A stretch of DNA of 64,000 nucleotides from an uncultured Chloroflexia bacterium. Its GTDB lineage: Bacteria; Chloroflexota; Limnocylindria; Limnocylindrales; CSP1-4. This document shows, in pieces, positions 8,567-21,039 of the stretch. The stretch is from contig CAWEYL010000003.1 in the NCBI GenBank assembly GCA_963813335.1, positions 512,001-576,000 on the forward strand. The letters run 5' to 3'. Position 1 is the first letter of the stretch. Each line of letters starts with the position of its first letter. Under the pieces are notes generated by a model, which was not told the DNA's origin, ran no database searches, and saw only the letters and a list, made by a program, of their open reading frames with translations. The position numbers and the translations under genes are program-made.

Positions 8567-9507
8567 ATGACCGATCCATCGGTCAGCACGGCCCGGCCGA
8601 CGCCACGGTGTCGGCCGGCCCCGCCTCGAGCGGGGCCGGTTCGCGCCGCCTCCGGGGAGCGGCGAACTACGTCGCCCTGACCCCCTTCCTCGCCTACGTC
8701 GGGTTGTTCCTCATCGTCCCGACGCTGGTCGTCACGTACGGGGCGCTCACGACCGCTGACGGCCAGTTCACGTTCGACAACATCGCCAGCATGTTCACGG
8801 ACGATGTCTTCGTCCAGGCCGTTCGTGCGGTCGATCCAGCTCGCGGTGGCCACGGCGATCGCGGGCGCCATCTTCGGCGGCGCTCCTCGCCTGGGCGGTG
8901 GTCCGCGGCGATCCCGACGGCCTCCTTCGGCAGCTGGTGATCGCGGCATCCGGCGTCCTCGCCCAGTTCGGCGGCGTCATGCTCGCCTTCGCGTTCCTCG
9001 CGACCTTCGGGATCCGGGGCCTCGCCACGGTGTTCCTCACGGACACCCTGCACCTCGACCTCCTCTCGGACGCGTCGTGGCTCTACAGCCTCGCCGGCCT
9101 GGCCGTCGTCTACACCTACTTCCAGATCCCGCTGATGCTGATCGTCTTCCTGCCGTCGCTCGACGGGCTCCGCCAGGAGTGGTACGACGCGTCGTCGAGC
9201 CTCGGCGGCAGTCGCCTGGTCGTTCTGGCGACGCGTCGGCGGGCCGATCCTCGCACCGTCCTTCCTGGGCGCGCTCCTGCTGCTCTTCACGAACGCGTTC
9301 TCCGCCTACGCGACGGCCGCGGCGCTCGTCAGCCAGGGCAGTCCGATCGTCACGCTCCAGATCGCCTGACAAGATGCAGAGCGAGGTCGTGCTCGGGCCA
9401 GGAGAATGTCGGCAAGGCGCTGGCGCTCGGGATGATCCTGGTCGTCTCGCTGGTGATGGCTGCTCTACGCGTTCATCCAGCGGCGCGCCTCGCGGTGGGT
9501 CCGATGA
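8567..9507 (+). CDS. ABC permease (multiple frameshifts)
   Basis: TM segments and YFQIPLM...DGLRQEWYDASSSLG (EAA loop) spread over several frames. Confidence 0.75.
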
Positions 9508-10399
9508 CCGACATGCAGGGCCCCGAGCTCGCGGCGCGCGGCGCCGGGAGGCGGCGCGCTGCATCGCGCGGCCGACCGGTGCGGTCGCCGGGGGCCACGT
9601 CGGCATGTCCCGGCACGGGCTCGCGATCCTCGTCATCGTGCTCGGCTACCTGGTCCTGCCGCTGTTCGCGATGCTCGAGTTCTCGACGCGCGGCAACTAC
9701 GGGAGCCGGAGCCTCGACTCGTACGCGGCGATCTTCTCCGACCAGAACCTCATCGACGGCATCACGAACGTCGCTCGAGATCGCGGTCCTGACGGTCGCC
9801 GGCATGCTCCTGCTGCTCGTGCCCGACGATGGTCTGGACGGTCGTGCGCGTCCCGCGCATGCGCCAGGTGATCGAGTTCCTGTGCCTGCTGCCACTGGCC
9901 ATCCCGGCCATCGTCATCGTCGTGGGGATCGCCCCGATCTACCGCTGGATGGGCCAGCACCTCGGGGCGGTCGGGGCGTCCCCGTTGACGCTCGCCTTCA
10001 TCGACATCATCCTGGTGCTCCCCTTCGCGTACCGCGCGATCGACGCGAGCCTGCGGTCGATCGACACGGCCACGCTCGCCGAGGCGGCCCGCAGCCTGGG
10101 GGCCAGCTGGCCGCGGGCGATCTTCCAGGTGATCGTCCCGAACATCCGCGGCGGCATCGTCTCGGCGTCGGTCCTCGCGGTCGCGCTCGTCCTCGGCGAA
10201 TACACGATCTCGTCGCTGCTGTCGTTCAACACGCTGCAGGTGGTCATCTACCTGCTCGGCAAGCGCGACCCGTTCATCGCGGTCGCGGTGTCCTTCGCCG
10301 CCCTGACCTTCGCGTTCGTCCTGCTGTTCGTCATCACCCGCTTCGCGCCCGGGCCAGGGCCGCGGTACCGAGCAAGCCGCCGAGGAGCCCACGACATGA
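9504..10399 (+). CDS. ABC permease 2 (multiple frameshifts)
   Basis: EAA motif TLAEAARSLGA; ATGA overlaps at both ends. Confidence 0.75.
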
Positions 10400-11470
10400 C
10401 CGTCAACGAGCCTCGCCCCTGCCGCGAACGGGCATGGCGTCGGCGTCGAGTTCCAGGAGCTGCACCGCTGGTACGGCCCGGTCCATGCCCTTGACGGGCT
10501 GACGATCGACATCAAGCCGGGCGAGCTTGATCGCGCTGCTCGGGCCGTCGGGCTGCGGCAAGACGACGGCGCTCCGCGCGCTCGGCGGGCTCGACGTCGT
10601 CGACGCAGGGACGGATCCTGGTGGACGGCAAGGACATGACCCACGTGCCCGCGAACAAGCGGAACATGGGCATCGTCTTCCAGGCCTACAGCCTGTTCCC
10701 GAACATGACGGCGCGCGACAACGTGGGCTACGGCCTGCGGCTGCGGGGCGTGGACGGGGCGAGGCGCAAGAAGCAGGCCGAGGCGATGCTCGAGCTGGTC
10801 GGGCTCGCGCAGCAGGCCAGCCGCTACCCGCACCAGATGTCGGGCGGCCAGCAGCAGCGCGTCGCGCTCGCCCGCGCGCTCGCCATCGAGCCCAAGCGTG
10901 CTCCTGCTCGACGAGCCGCTGTCGGCGCTCGACGCGAAGGTGCGGCGTCAGCTCCGCGAGGAGATCCGGCGCATCCAGATCATGATCGGCATCACGACAC
11001 TGTTCGTGACCCACGACCAGGAGGAGGCGCTCGCGATGGGCGACCGCGTCGGCGTCATGTCGGCTGGCCGGCTCGAGCAGATCGCGGCCCCGTCCGAGCT
11101 CTACGACCGCCCGCGGACGCGGTTCGTGGCCGAGTTCGTCGGCCTGACCAACCGGATGCCCGGGACCGCCGCCGGCGGATCGGTCAACGTGCTCGGCACG
11201 CCGGTGCCGCTGCTCGAGGGCTCGGCGCAGTCCGGACCGGTCCACGCGCTGGTACGACCGGAGAACGTGCGACTCGCGGCCGCGGATGACGGCAGGGCGC
11301 GGGTCCTCGCGGTCAGCTTCCTCGGATCGCTGTGCCGCGCCCAGGTCACGCTGCTCGACGGGACCCTGGTGGTCGCGCAGATGTCGGCGTCCGATGCCAG
11401 CGGCCTGATCCCGGGGGCGGCGGTCTCGGTCAGCGTCGTGCCCGGCCCGGTCTTCGCCGTCGCCGACTGA
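10396..11470 (+). CDS. ABC ATP-binding protein, PotA-like (multiple frameshifts)
   Basis: [31 protein letters not shown] and a TOBE-like C-terminus. Confidence 0.85.
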
Positions 11471-11497
11471 CGCTGCCCAGCGAGGATCCCCGCGGTC

Positions 11498-12864
11498 ATG
11501 AAGCAGATCACCGAAGCCGCCCGCAGCGTCGACGTCATCCACGAGACCGACGTGCTCGTCGTCGGGAGCGGCCCGGGCGGGCTGTCGGCGGCGCTCGCGG
11601 CCGCGCGGGCCGGCGCCACGACGACGCTCCTCGACCGCTACGGCTGCTTCGGCGGGAACATGACCCAGGTCGGCGTCGAGAGCATCGGCTGGTACCGCCA
11701 CGAGGCGACCGTGGAGGCCGATGGGATCGGCCGCGAGTTCGAGGAGCGCGCCGCGGCGATGGGCGCCGCGAACCCCGAAAGCCAGTCGCTGAGCATGGGC
11801 ATCGACGGCGAGCGCTTCAAGTACGTCGCGGACGTGCTGGTCGCCGAGGCCGGCATCACCCCGATGCTTCACCGCCTCGCCGTGCGGCCGATCGTCGAGG
11901 ACGGCGCCATCCGTGGGGTCATCACCGAGAGCAAGTCGGGCCGCGAGGCGGTGCTCGCGAAGCGGGTCGTCGACGCAACTGGCGACGCCGACATGGCCGC
12001 GCGCGCCGGCGCGCCGGTCCGCAAGACGCCGAAGGAGGAGATGCTCGCGGCGTCCGTGATGTTCTCGATGACCGGCGTCAACAAGCGCAAGTTCCTCGAC
12101 GAGGTCAAGGCGGATTCGCCCACCTACCGCGACTGGGCCGGCAACGCGGAATGGGACATCGAGACCACCGGGAAGGAGGACGAGCTCTTCTCGCCGTTCC
12201 TCCGCAAGCCGTTCAAGCGCGCCGTCGAGGCCGGTCTGATCCCGCCCGACTTCATCACCCTCGCCGGGACGTGGGGCACGATCACCGACCAGGGCGACCT
12301 CACGTACCTCAACCTCGTCCACCTGGCCGGGGTCGACGGCACGGACGCGGACGCGCTGACCCGCGGCGAGATCGCCGGTCGCGAGGAGGCGATGCAGGCG
12401 ATCAAGGCGCTCCGCGCGTTCATGCCCGGCTGCGACGACGCCAAGCTCCGCAACTTCGGCATGACCATCGGGATCCGCGACACGCGCAAGATCGAGGCGC
12501 TTTACGACCTGACCGAGCGGGACGTCCGCGAGCAGGGCCGCTTCGAGGATTCGATCGGCATCTTCCCCGAGTTCATCGACGGGTACGGGATCCTGATCCT
12601 GCCGACCACGGGCCGCTACTTCCAGGTGCCGTACCGCTCACTCGTGCCGAAGGGCATCGGACACCTGATCGTCGCCGGACGGTCGATCGGCGGCGACAAG
12701 GTCTCGCATGCGTCGACCCGGAACATGATGTGCTGCGCGGTCAGCGGCCAGGGTGCCGGGGTCGCCGCGGCCGTCTCGGTCCGGACGGACCAGCCGTTCG
12801 ATCGGGTCGACGTCGCGCACAGGTCCAGGCCGAGCTTCGTCGCCAGGGCGTCCGGCTCGACTGA
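11498..12864 (+). CDS. FAD-dependent oxidoreductase (PF12831-like; frameshift near 12818)
   Basis: VVGSGPGG, VDATGDAD and FQVPYRSLVP...LIVAGR motifs; ends VQAELRRQGVRLD in a shifted frame. Confidence 0.85.
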
Positions 12865-14126
<1,262 letters not shown>

Positions 14127-15020
14127 CTAGCCGCCGACCTCGACGGCTTCGAGCTCGGGGCCCTTCGGGACGAGGAGCGCCTCATCGGGCACGTCGGGCG
14201 AGAGCCCGGCCTCGCGCAGGATCGGGCCGTAGCCCTCGTCCTCGAGGCGGAGCGCCAGGTCCTTGCCGCCGGACTTGACGATGCGGCCCTGGGCCAGGAC
14301 GTGGACGACGTCCGGCTTGATGTAGTTGAGCAGGCGCTGGTAGTGGGTGATCAGCAGCACGCCGAGCTCGGGGTTGAGCATCGCGTTGACGCCCTCGGCG
14401 ACGATCCGCAGGGCGTCGATGTCGAGCCCGGAGTCGGTCTCGTCGAGGATCGCCATCTCCGGCTCGAGGACGGCCATCTGGAGCATCTCGAGGCGCTTCT
14501 TCTCGCCGCCCGAGAAGCCGTCGTTGACGTAGCGCGACGCGAAGCCCTCGTCCATCTTCAGGAGCGCCATCTTCTCGCGCATCGTGTTGCGGAAGTCGCG
14601 CATCGAGACGCCGCCCTTGATCGAGTCGGTCGGGTCGATGTCGGGGTTCTTGTCGATGCCCTGGAGCTTGGCGTTGAGCGCGGAGCGGATGAAGCTCGCG
14701 ACGCTCAGGCCGGGGATCGCGGTGGGGTACTGGAAGGCGAGGAAGAGCCCGAGGCGGGCGCGCTTGTCCGCCGACAGCGCGAGGATGTCGCGGCCCTTCC
14801 AGGTGACCGTGCCGCCCTTGATGACGTAGGCCGGGTGGCCCATCAGCGCATAGGCGAGCGTGGTCTTGCCGCTGCCGTTGGGGCCCATGATCGCGTGGAC
14901 CTCGCCCTTGCCGACGGTCAGGTCGATCCCCTGGAGGATCTCGTGCTCGGGCGAGGCGACGGGCGCGACGCGCAGGCCGCGGATGACGAGGTGCTGGTCG
15001 GTGACGGGCTGGTCGGTCAC
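14127..15020 (-). CDS. sufC: Fe-S assembly ATPase
   Basis: GPNGSGKTT, FLAFQYP, FSGGEKKR, LDETDSGLDIDA and ITHYQRLL motifs; GTG start overlaps the rrf2 stop. Confidence 0.95.
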   Translation of the reverse strand: MTDQPVTDQHLVIRGLRVAPVASPEHEILQGIDLTVGKGEVHAIMGPNGSGKTTLAYALMGHPAYVIKGGTVTWKGRDILALSADKRARLGLFLAFQYPTAIPGLSVASFIRSALNAKLQGIDKNPDIDPTDSIKGGVSMRDFRNTMREKMALLKMDEGFASRYVNDGFSGGEKKRLEMLQMAVLEPEMAILDETDSGLDIDALRIVAEGVNAMLNPELGVLLITHYQRLLNYIKPDVVHVLAQGRIVKSGGKDLALRLEDEGYGPILREAGLSPDVPDEALLVPKGPELEAVEVGG

Positions 15021-15538
15021 GGGTGGGTCACGGCTCCGTGGTTGGTGGCTTCGGGGTCGATGGATGGGATGTCGCGGCGTTGGGGGACGAGGTCGGCGAG
15101 GGTCATCGAGTCGAGGGCGCCGGTGATGGCGTCGCGGACGCGGACCCACAGGAGGTTGACCGTGCAGCGCGAGCTGCGGTCGCAGGTGGTGGCGTGCTCC
15201 GGGTCGTCGGTGGCGCACATCATCGGGGCGATGGGGCCCTCGAGGGCGCGCAGGACGTCGCTCATCGGGATCAGCTCGGGGGCGCGGGCGAGCTCGTAGC
15301 CGCCGTGGGCGCCGCGGGTGCTGACCACGAGGCCGGCGTCGCGCAGGCTCACGACGAGCTGCTCGAGGTACGCGCGCGGGAGGTCCTCCTCGGCGGCGAT
15401 CTCGGCCAGGCTGGCCGGCCCGGACCCGTAGTGCCGGGCGAGCTGGACCATCAGCCGGACGCCGTACTCGCCCTTCGTGCTGAAGGAGACGGCGCCGGTG
15501 CCGTGGAAGGTGGGACGGGTCGCGACGGGAAGGGTCAG
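15017..15538 (-). CDS. Rrf2-family Fe-S-binding regulator (IscR/CymR-like); start uncertain, possibly CTG
   Basis: FSTKGEYGVRLM, STRGAHGGYEL and three C-terminal Cys. No in-frame ATG/GTG upstream of the conserved N-terminus; CTG at 15538 follows GAGG. Confidence 0.85.
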   Translation of the reverse strand: MTLPVATRPTFHGTGAVSFSTKGEYGVRLMVQLARHYGSGPASLAEIAAEEDLPRAYLEQLVVSLRDAGLVVSTRGAHGGYELARAPELIPMSDVLRALEGPIAPMMCATDDPEHATTCDRSSRCTVNLLWVRVRDAITGALDSMTLADLVPQRRDIPSIDPEATNHGAVTHP

Positions 15539-15550
15539 CGGAGTGCCTCG

Positions 15551-15605
15551 ATATCCGAGTGATTTCGTCGGGATTAGTCTACGCGGCGCGGCGGAAGGGC
15601 GTCAA
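15551..15605 (-). promoter_or_regulatory. Sigma70-like promoter with overlapping IscR-like operator
   Basis: TTGACG-N18-TAGACT, then CTAATCCCGACGAAATCACTCGGATAT (15577-15551). Confidence 0.7.
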
Positions 15606-15739
15606 CGAGGCTCGGGGGTAGTAGATCGGGAGCTCCGAAGTTGCCGCTTGCCGGCCGGACACGGTTGTGGGGCGAGTGGTGCGGCCGACCATCCCCTGTC
15701 GGAAGTTGCCGCCAGCACACGATCGGGATGTGATCGCGC

Positions 15740-16222
15740 TCAGGCCGGCCGCTCGTCTGACAGGGTCGTCGACGAGAAGACGGTCGTGCCTTCGACCTGC
15801 TGCTCGAACTTCAGTGGCATGCCAGGGGCCGACTTCGCGAACCAGAAGGTGCCGACGCCGTCTTCGTCGGTCCGCGTGTAACGGAGGCAGGCGAACCGTC
15901 CCGCGGGGATCTCGATCTCCTCCTCGGTCACGGTCGTGCGATCGGCGGGCATCGACGCATGGCCCTGGAGCTCGCGCCAGGCTGAGTGGCCGGTCTCCGT
16001 CTCGGTCAGGCGGGTCCCGTCCGGCGTCTCGTTCCAGAACTCCTGGTCGCCCCCGTCCTCGTCCCCGGTCGAGAAGCGGGTGACGTGGACATACGGGTCC
16101 TGGTCGGCCCGAACGACCAGCGTGCGGACCGTCCGACCCGGCGGACAGCCCTGGCGGATCTCGTCGGCACTGAAGGGAGTCGGTTGATCGCCGAGCCTGA
16201 ACTGATGCGGATCGTCAGTCAC
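15740..16222 (-). CDS. Hypothetical beta-rich protein
   Basis: GTG start after GAGGAA; PTPFSADEIR and EIPAGRFAC motifs. Confidence 0.6.
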   Translation of the reverse strand: MTDDPHQFRLGDQPTPFSADEIRQGCPPGRTVRTLVVRADQDPYVHVTRFSTGDEDGGDQEFWNETPDGTRLTETETGHSAWRELQGHASMPADRTTVTEEEIEIPAGRFACLRYTRTDEDGVGTFWFAKSAPGMPLKFEQQVEGTTVFSSTTLSDERPA

Positions 16223-16328
16223 TTCCTCGGAGTGTAGCGACGGCGCGACCCCCAGGGGCGCCCGGCAACTTCGAGCCGCTCTATCTACTACCCCGTCAAC
16301 GAGGCTCGTCGTCGTTGACGACGGGCCG

Positions 16329-17319
16329 ATGATGCGGGGTAGCGTGAAGCTTCGAGCGATCCTGGGACTCTCGGTCGCGATGGTCGTCGGCTGCTCGGGG
16401 ATCGGCGACGAGCGCTCCGGGTCGGCGAACGCTCCCGCGTCGGCGACGAGCGCTCCCGCGGTCGGCCTCGCCCGTCGCAGCATCGCGCGTCGCGGATGTC
16501 GTCGTCGGCGGCGCTCGACCCGTGACCATCCACGTCCCGGCTGGGTACGACGCCAACCGCCCGGCGCCGCTCCTGATCGTCCTCCACGGCTACAGCTCGT
16601 CGGGCAAGCAGCACGACGCGTACTTCCATCTCGGGGAGGCCGCGATGCAGCGCGGCTTCCTCTACGCCTACCCGGACGGCACCGTCGACAGCTCCGGGAA
16701 CCACTTCTGGAACGCCACCGACGCGTGCTGCGACTTCGATCCGCGCGGGGTCGACGACGTCGCCTACCTCGCCGGCGTCATCGCCGAGGCGCGGGCGTCA
16801 CTCGCGGTCGATCCCAGGCGCATCTACCTCATCGGGCATTCGAACGGCGCGTTCATGAGCTACGCGATGGCCTGCGCGCAGGCCGACCAGGTCGCCGCGA
16901 TCGTCAGCCTGGCCGGCGCCACGTTCGTGGACCCGGCGGACTGCGCCCCGGCGGTCCCTGTCGCGGTGCTCCAGATCCATGGCACGGCCGACGACACGAT
17001 CGCCTTCAAGGGCGGACAGATCGTTCTGGGTGGGGGCCGGTCGATGGCGCCCTACCCCGGCGCCGAGACGTCGGTCGCCACCTGGGCGTCGTACGACGGC
17101 TGCGCGGGCTCTTCGGTCGTCGACGAGCGCGTCGACGTCGACGCGGACCTTTCCGATCACGGCTCGCCGGCCGAGGCCTCGGTGACGCGCTGGACCGGCT
17201 GCAAGCCTGGCGGGGCGGTCGAGCTCTGGACGGTGCCGAACGGCGGTCACAGCCCGAACATCTCCGCGTCGTTCCCGGCGGCCGTCCTGGACTTCTTCGA
17301 GGCCCACCCGAAGCCGTAG
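16329..17319 (+). CDS. PHB depolymerase/LpqC-like esterase lipoprotein (frameshift near 16480)
   Basis: Lipobox VVGC, LHG, WNATDACC, GHSNG, IHGTADD and GGH motifs. Confidence 0.85.
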
Positions 17320-17335
17320 GCGGCGTCGAGCGGGG

Positions 17336-18136
17336 TCAGTCAGCCGCGCGGATGAGGCGGAGCGGGCGGAGCGTCAGCCCGTAGATGACGATCGCGCCGA
17401 TGCCGGCGAGCAGGCCGAAGACGATGGCGCCAGCCGGCACCCACGGACCTTCGACGATCGCATGCCACACATCGAAGGCGACCGCGGTCACCAGCGCGCC
17501 GAGGATGCCGACGGCCAGCCGGTGGCGACGCGGGCTCAGGCCCGATCGATCGAGGAACGCCGTGGTCCGGGCGACGACGGGGCGAAGCGGGCGCAGCGGC
17601 GGGATCCGGCCAACGAGCTCGTCGCCGAGGCCGAGGGCGTCGTCGAGGAGGTCGGGTTCCGGGGCTGACGGGGTGGCCGCACCGGTCGCGGTCCCGGCCC
17701 GCACGGCGCGGACGAGCAGGACCGTGGCCGCGGCGACCGCCACGGAGTTGATGAGCCACAGCGCGGCCACGAACCACGGCAGCTCCGTGCCCGCATCCGC
17801 CGGCGGCGCCGCGTACGCGAGCGCGTCCGAGACGAGCGTCACGCCCATGATCGCGAGCGCGATGCCGATGCCGAGCCGGATGCGCCGGGCCACGGCCGGG
17901 TCGAGGACGGTCTCGCGATGACGAAGGCTGCGGACCCAGGTCGCGCCGGCGACCAGGGCGATCGCCATGACGGCGTAGCTGACCACGGCGTCGTAGGGGT
18001 CCAGCGTGAACGGCAGCGTCTCGCGCAGGTCGTGGACCTGGGTCGTCAGGAAGCAGAGGAGGCCGAACAGCACGACCGCACAGGCCGCGGTGTTGGCGGC
18101 GAGTCGCGTGGCTCGGGTCTCGTCCCGATCGCTCAT
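17336..18136 (-). CDS. Hypothetical multi-pass membrane protein
   Basis: About 6 TM segments; -10-like TATCGT 6 nt before the ATG (possibly leaderless). Confidence 0.65.
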   Translation of the reverse strand: MSDRDETRATRLAANTAACAVVLFGLLCFLTTQVHDLRETLPFTLDPYDAVVSYAVMAIALVAGATWVRSLRHRETVLDPAVARRIRLGIGIALAIMGVTLVSDALAYAAPPADAGTELPWFVAALWLINSVAVAAATVLLVRAVRAGTATGAATPSAPEPDLLDDALGLGDELVGRIPPLRPLRPVVARTTAFLDRSGLSPRRHRLAVGILGALVTAVAFDVWHAIVEGPWVPAGAIVFGLLAGIGAIVIYGLTLRPLRLIRAAD

Positions 18137-18159
18137 GGCCGAACGATAGCCCTCGGGAC

Positions 18160-18197
18160 GTCGAAGCGCCCCGCCGCGTTCGACGGGGCGCTTCGAC
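18160..18197. terminator. 14-bp hairpin
   Basis: GTCGAAGCGCCCCG / CGGGGCGCTTCGAC; no clear U tract. Confidence 0.45.
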
Positions 18198-18252
18198 CTG
18201 CAGTACGCCGCTCGGGGAAACGGCGTCCGCTCAGGGAGAGGAGGTGGTGGGT

Positions 18253-18288
18253 GCATGAGCCCCGGTGGGAGGACACCGGGGCTCATGC
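18253..18288 (-). ncRNA. 15-bp hairpin with anti-Shine-Dalgarno loop (UCCUCC)
   Basis: GCATGAGCCCCGGTG-TCCTCC-CACCGGGGCTCATGC on the minus strand. Confidence 0.35.
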
Positions 18289-18344
18289 GAGAGCGCGTCC
18301 GCGCGCCGGGCAGCCACGACCGACGGGCGGGGTGGGAGACAGGG

Positions 18345-18461
18345 TCAGCGGCGGCGGTCCCGCCGGATGGGTTGGGGGGCGGGCGTTTCGATCCCGAAGA
18401 GCGAGCCGACCATCGCCGCGATCCGGGCGATGCTGCGCTGGAGGCGGATCGAGATGGGCAT
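18345..18461 (-). CDS. Putative 38-aa small protein MPISIRLQRSIARIAAMVGSLFGIETPAPQPIRRDRRR
   Basis: AGAGG RBS, GC3-rich codons, amphipathic helix with basic tail. Confidence 0.55.
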   Translation of the reverse strand: MPISIRLQRSIARIAAMVGSLFGIETPAPQPIRRDRRR

Positions 18462-18619
18462 CGATGAGACCTCTGGTGGATGGCCCGTCTCGCCGAAAAT
18501 GCATTCCGACGAGGCGGACCGCCAGCATGGCCATCAGGTACTACGCGGTCTAGTACCTTCGGTGCACACGTTTCCCCTGCCGACGTCAGCGGACCCCACC
18601 GGACCGCACCAGGGCGAGG

Positions 18620-19499
18620 TCAGGAAGCGTTGCTGACCGACACCGACGCGAGGTACCGGCGCCGCCATGTCTCGGTCGCCTCGACGTTGTTGAACGTGTA
18701 CAGGTGCAGGTCCGCGACGCGCGCCGCCGGATCCGCGATCGACCGGCGCAAGGCCCTCCAGCAGCCCGTCCGGCCGGTAGAACCCGCCCGAGCGGAGGAG
18801 ACGCGCCACGAACCGGGCGTTCTTGGTCAGGAACCGGTGGGTGTCCGCGACGCCGATCCGCGCCGTGATCGCCAGCAGCTTGTGCGGCTCGGCGACGCCC
18901 GGCAGCCCGATATGCACCGGGAGCGTCAGCCCCTCGGCGCGCCGGGCGGCGATCCAGGTCCCGATGGCGATGGGATCGAAGCAGAGCTGCGTCGTCATGT
19001 AGCTGGCGTACGTCGCCTTGGCCGCGAGGGCCTCGGCCAGCGGCCCGTCCGGGATGAAGGCGTGGCCCTGCGGGTAGCACGGGATCCCGATCTCGGCGAG
19101 CGGATGCCCGATGTCGGCCATCTCGCGCAGCAGCGCGAGGCCGTCGACGAAGTCGCCCGGCTCCTTGGCATCGCCGCCGACGACGAACGCGCGATCGACG
19201 CCGGCGCCCTCGAGCCACGCGATGAGGTCGGCGAGGTGCGCCCGGTCGCGGACCATCCGCGCGGACAGGTGCGGGACGGCCTTGAAGCCGCGCGCCTGGA
19301 GCGCCTCGCACAGCGCGATCGTCGCCTCGATGCCCTTGGCCGGCGACGCGGTGACCGAGACGGTGGCCCCGGCGGGCAGGTGGTCCGCCTGCTCGAGCGC
19401 GTTCTTGAGCGGCACCAGCTCGAGCGTCGGCGAGGCGAGGACCCCGGCGACCGCCCGGCGCTGGGCGGCCGTCAGCCGGGAGTGGCGGCGGAAGAGCAC
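18620..19499 (-). CDS. metF: Methylenetetrahydrofolate reductase (frameshift near 18740)
   Basis: VPHLSAR, VVGGD, YPQGH, TQLCFD and LHLYTFN motifs. Confidence 0.85.
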
Positions 19500-19502
19500 G
19501 CC

Positions 19503-21039
19503 CTAGACGTCCGAGTCGGGCTGCGCCGCCTTGCGCTTGACGATGAACTCGAGGAGCGCCTCGTCGGTCGCGTCGTCGATGGGCGGCGCCTCGTACTCGG
19601 CCAGCATCCGCTTCCAGATCGCGTTCGCCCGCTGCGCGGCGTCGAGCGAGCCGTCCTCCTGCCACTGCTCGAAGCTGTTGTTGTCGGCGATCTCCGAGCG
19701 GTAGAAGGCGTGCTCGAAGTTGGCCAGGGTGTGGGCGTTGCCGAGGTAGTGCTGCCCCGGCTCGTTGGTGCGGATCGCGTCGATCGCCTGGCCGTTCTCG
19801 GAGAGGTCGACGCCGTTGACGAAGACCGCGGCCATCCCGCACTGGTCGGCGTCGAGGATGAACTTCTCGTAGCCGACGGTGAGCCCGCCCTCGAGCCAGC
19901 CGGCCGCGTGGAGGACGAAGTTGACGCCGCCGAGGATCGTGGCGTTGAACGTGGCCGCCGACTCGTAGGCGGCCTGGGCGTCGGCGATCTTCGAGGCGCA
20001 CAGGTTGCCGCCGGAGCGGAACGGGACGCCGAGCCGGCGGGCCAGCGAGGCCATGACGTACAGGACCAGCGACGGCTCCGGCGTGCCGAAGGTCGGCGCG
20101 CCCGACTGCATCGAGATGGAGCTGGCGAACGAGCCGAGCACGACCGGCGCGCCCGGCCGGACCAGCTGGACGAAGGCCATCCCGCCGAGCGCCTCGGCGA
20201 GCGTCTGGGTCGCGGCGCCGGCGACCGTCACCGGCGACATCGCGCCGGCGAGGATGAACGGCGTCAGGAGCGTGGCCTGGTTGGCCTCGGCGTAGGCCTG
20301 CGCCGCGCCGAGCATCACGCCGTCCCAGACGAGCGGCGAGTTGGCGTTGATGAGGCTCAGGACCACGGGATGGTCCTCGAGGTACGGCGCGCCGAACAGG
20401 ATCCGCGCCATCTCGACGGTGTCGCGCGCCCGTTCCGGGGCGGTGACCGAGCCCATGAACGGCTTGTCGCTGTAGCGCATGTGGGCGTAGACCATGTCGA
20501 GGTGCCGCTTGTTGACCGGCACGTCGACCGGCTCGCAGACCGTGCCGCCCGAGTGGTGGAGGTGCGGCGACAGGTAGGTGAGCTTCACGAGGTTGCGGAA
20601 GTCCTCGATCGTGCCGTAGCGCCGGCCGCCGTCGAGGTCGCGCACGAACGGCGAGCCGTAGTTGGGCGCGAAGACCGTGTGCATCCCGCCGATCTCGACG
20701 TTCCGCTCCGGGTTGCGCGCGTACTGGGTGAACTGGCGCGGCGCGGTCGCCTGGACGATCGAGCGCGCGAGCCCGCGCGGGAAGCGCACGCGCTCGCCGG
20801 TCGACGTCGGCGCCGGCCTCGCGGAAGAGGCGCAACGCGTCGGCGTTGCCGCGGAACTCGAGGCCGACCTCCTGGAGCATCGTGTCCGCGTTGTACTCGA
20901 TCAGCGACAGGCCCTCGTCGTCGAGGACCTCGAACGGAGTCAGCGTCCGGGTCAGGAACGGCACGTGCTCGGCATGCGCCAGGAGCCGGGCGGCCTGCCG
21001 GGCGGCCCGGCCGCCGCTGCGCCGACGGGGTTCGTCCAT
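19503..21039 (-). CDS. mttB: MttB-superfamily methyltransferase, non-pyrrolysine (MtgB-like; frameshift near 20805)
   Basis: GGTVCEPVD, INANSPL, GAPTFGTPE, SKIADAQA and HAAGWLEGGL motifs; no in-frame amber codon. Confidence 0.9.

Noticed and set aside
19503-21039. Pyrrolysine recoding in MttB
   Set aside because: No in-frame TAG; the break near 20805 is a frameshift, and no pyl genes are present.
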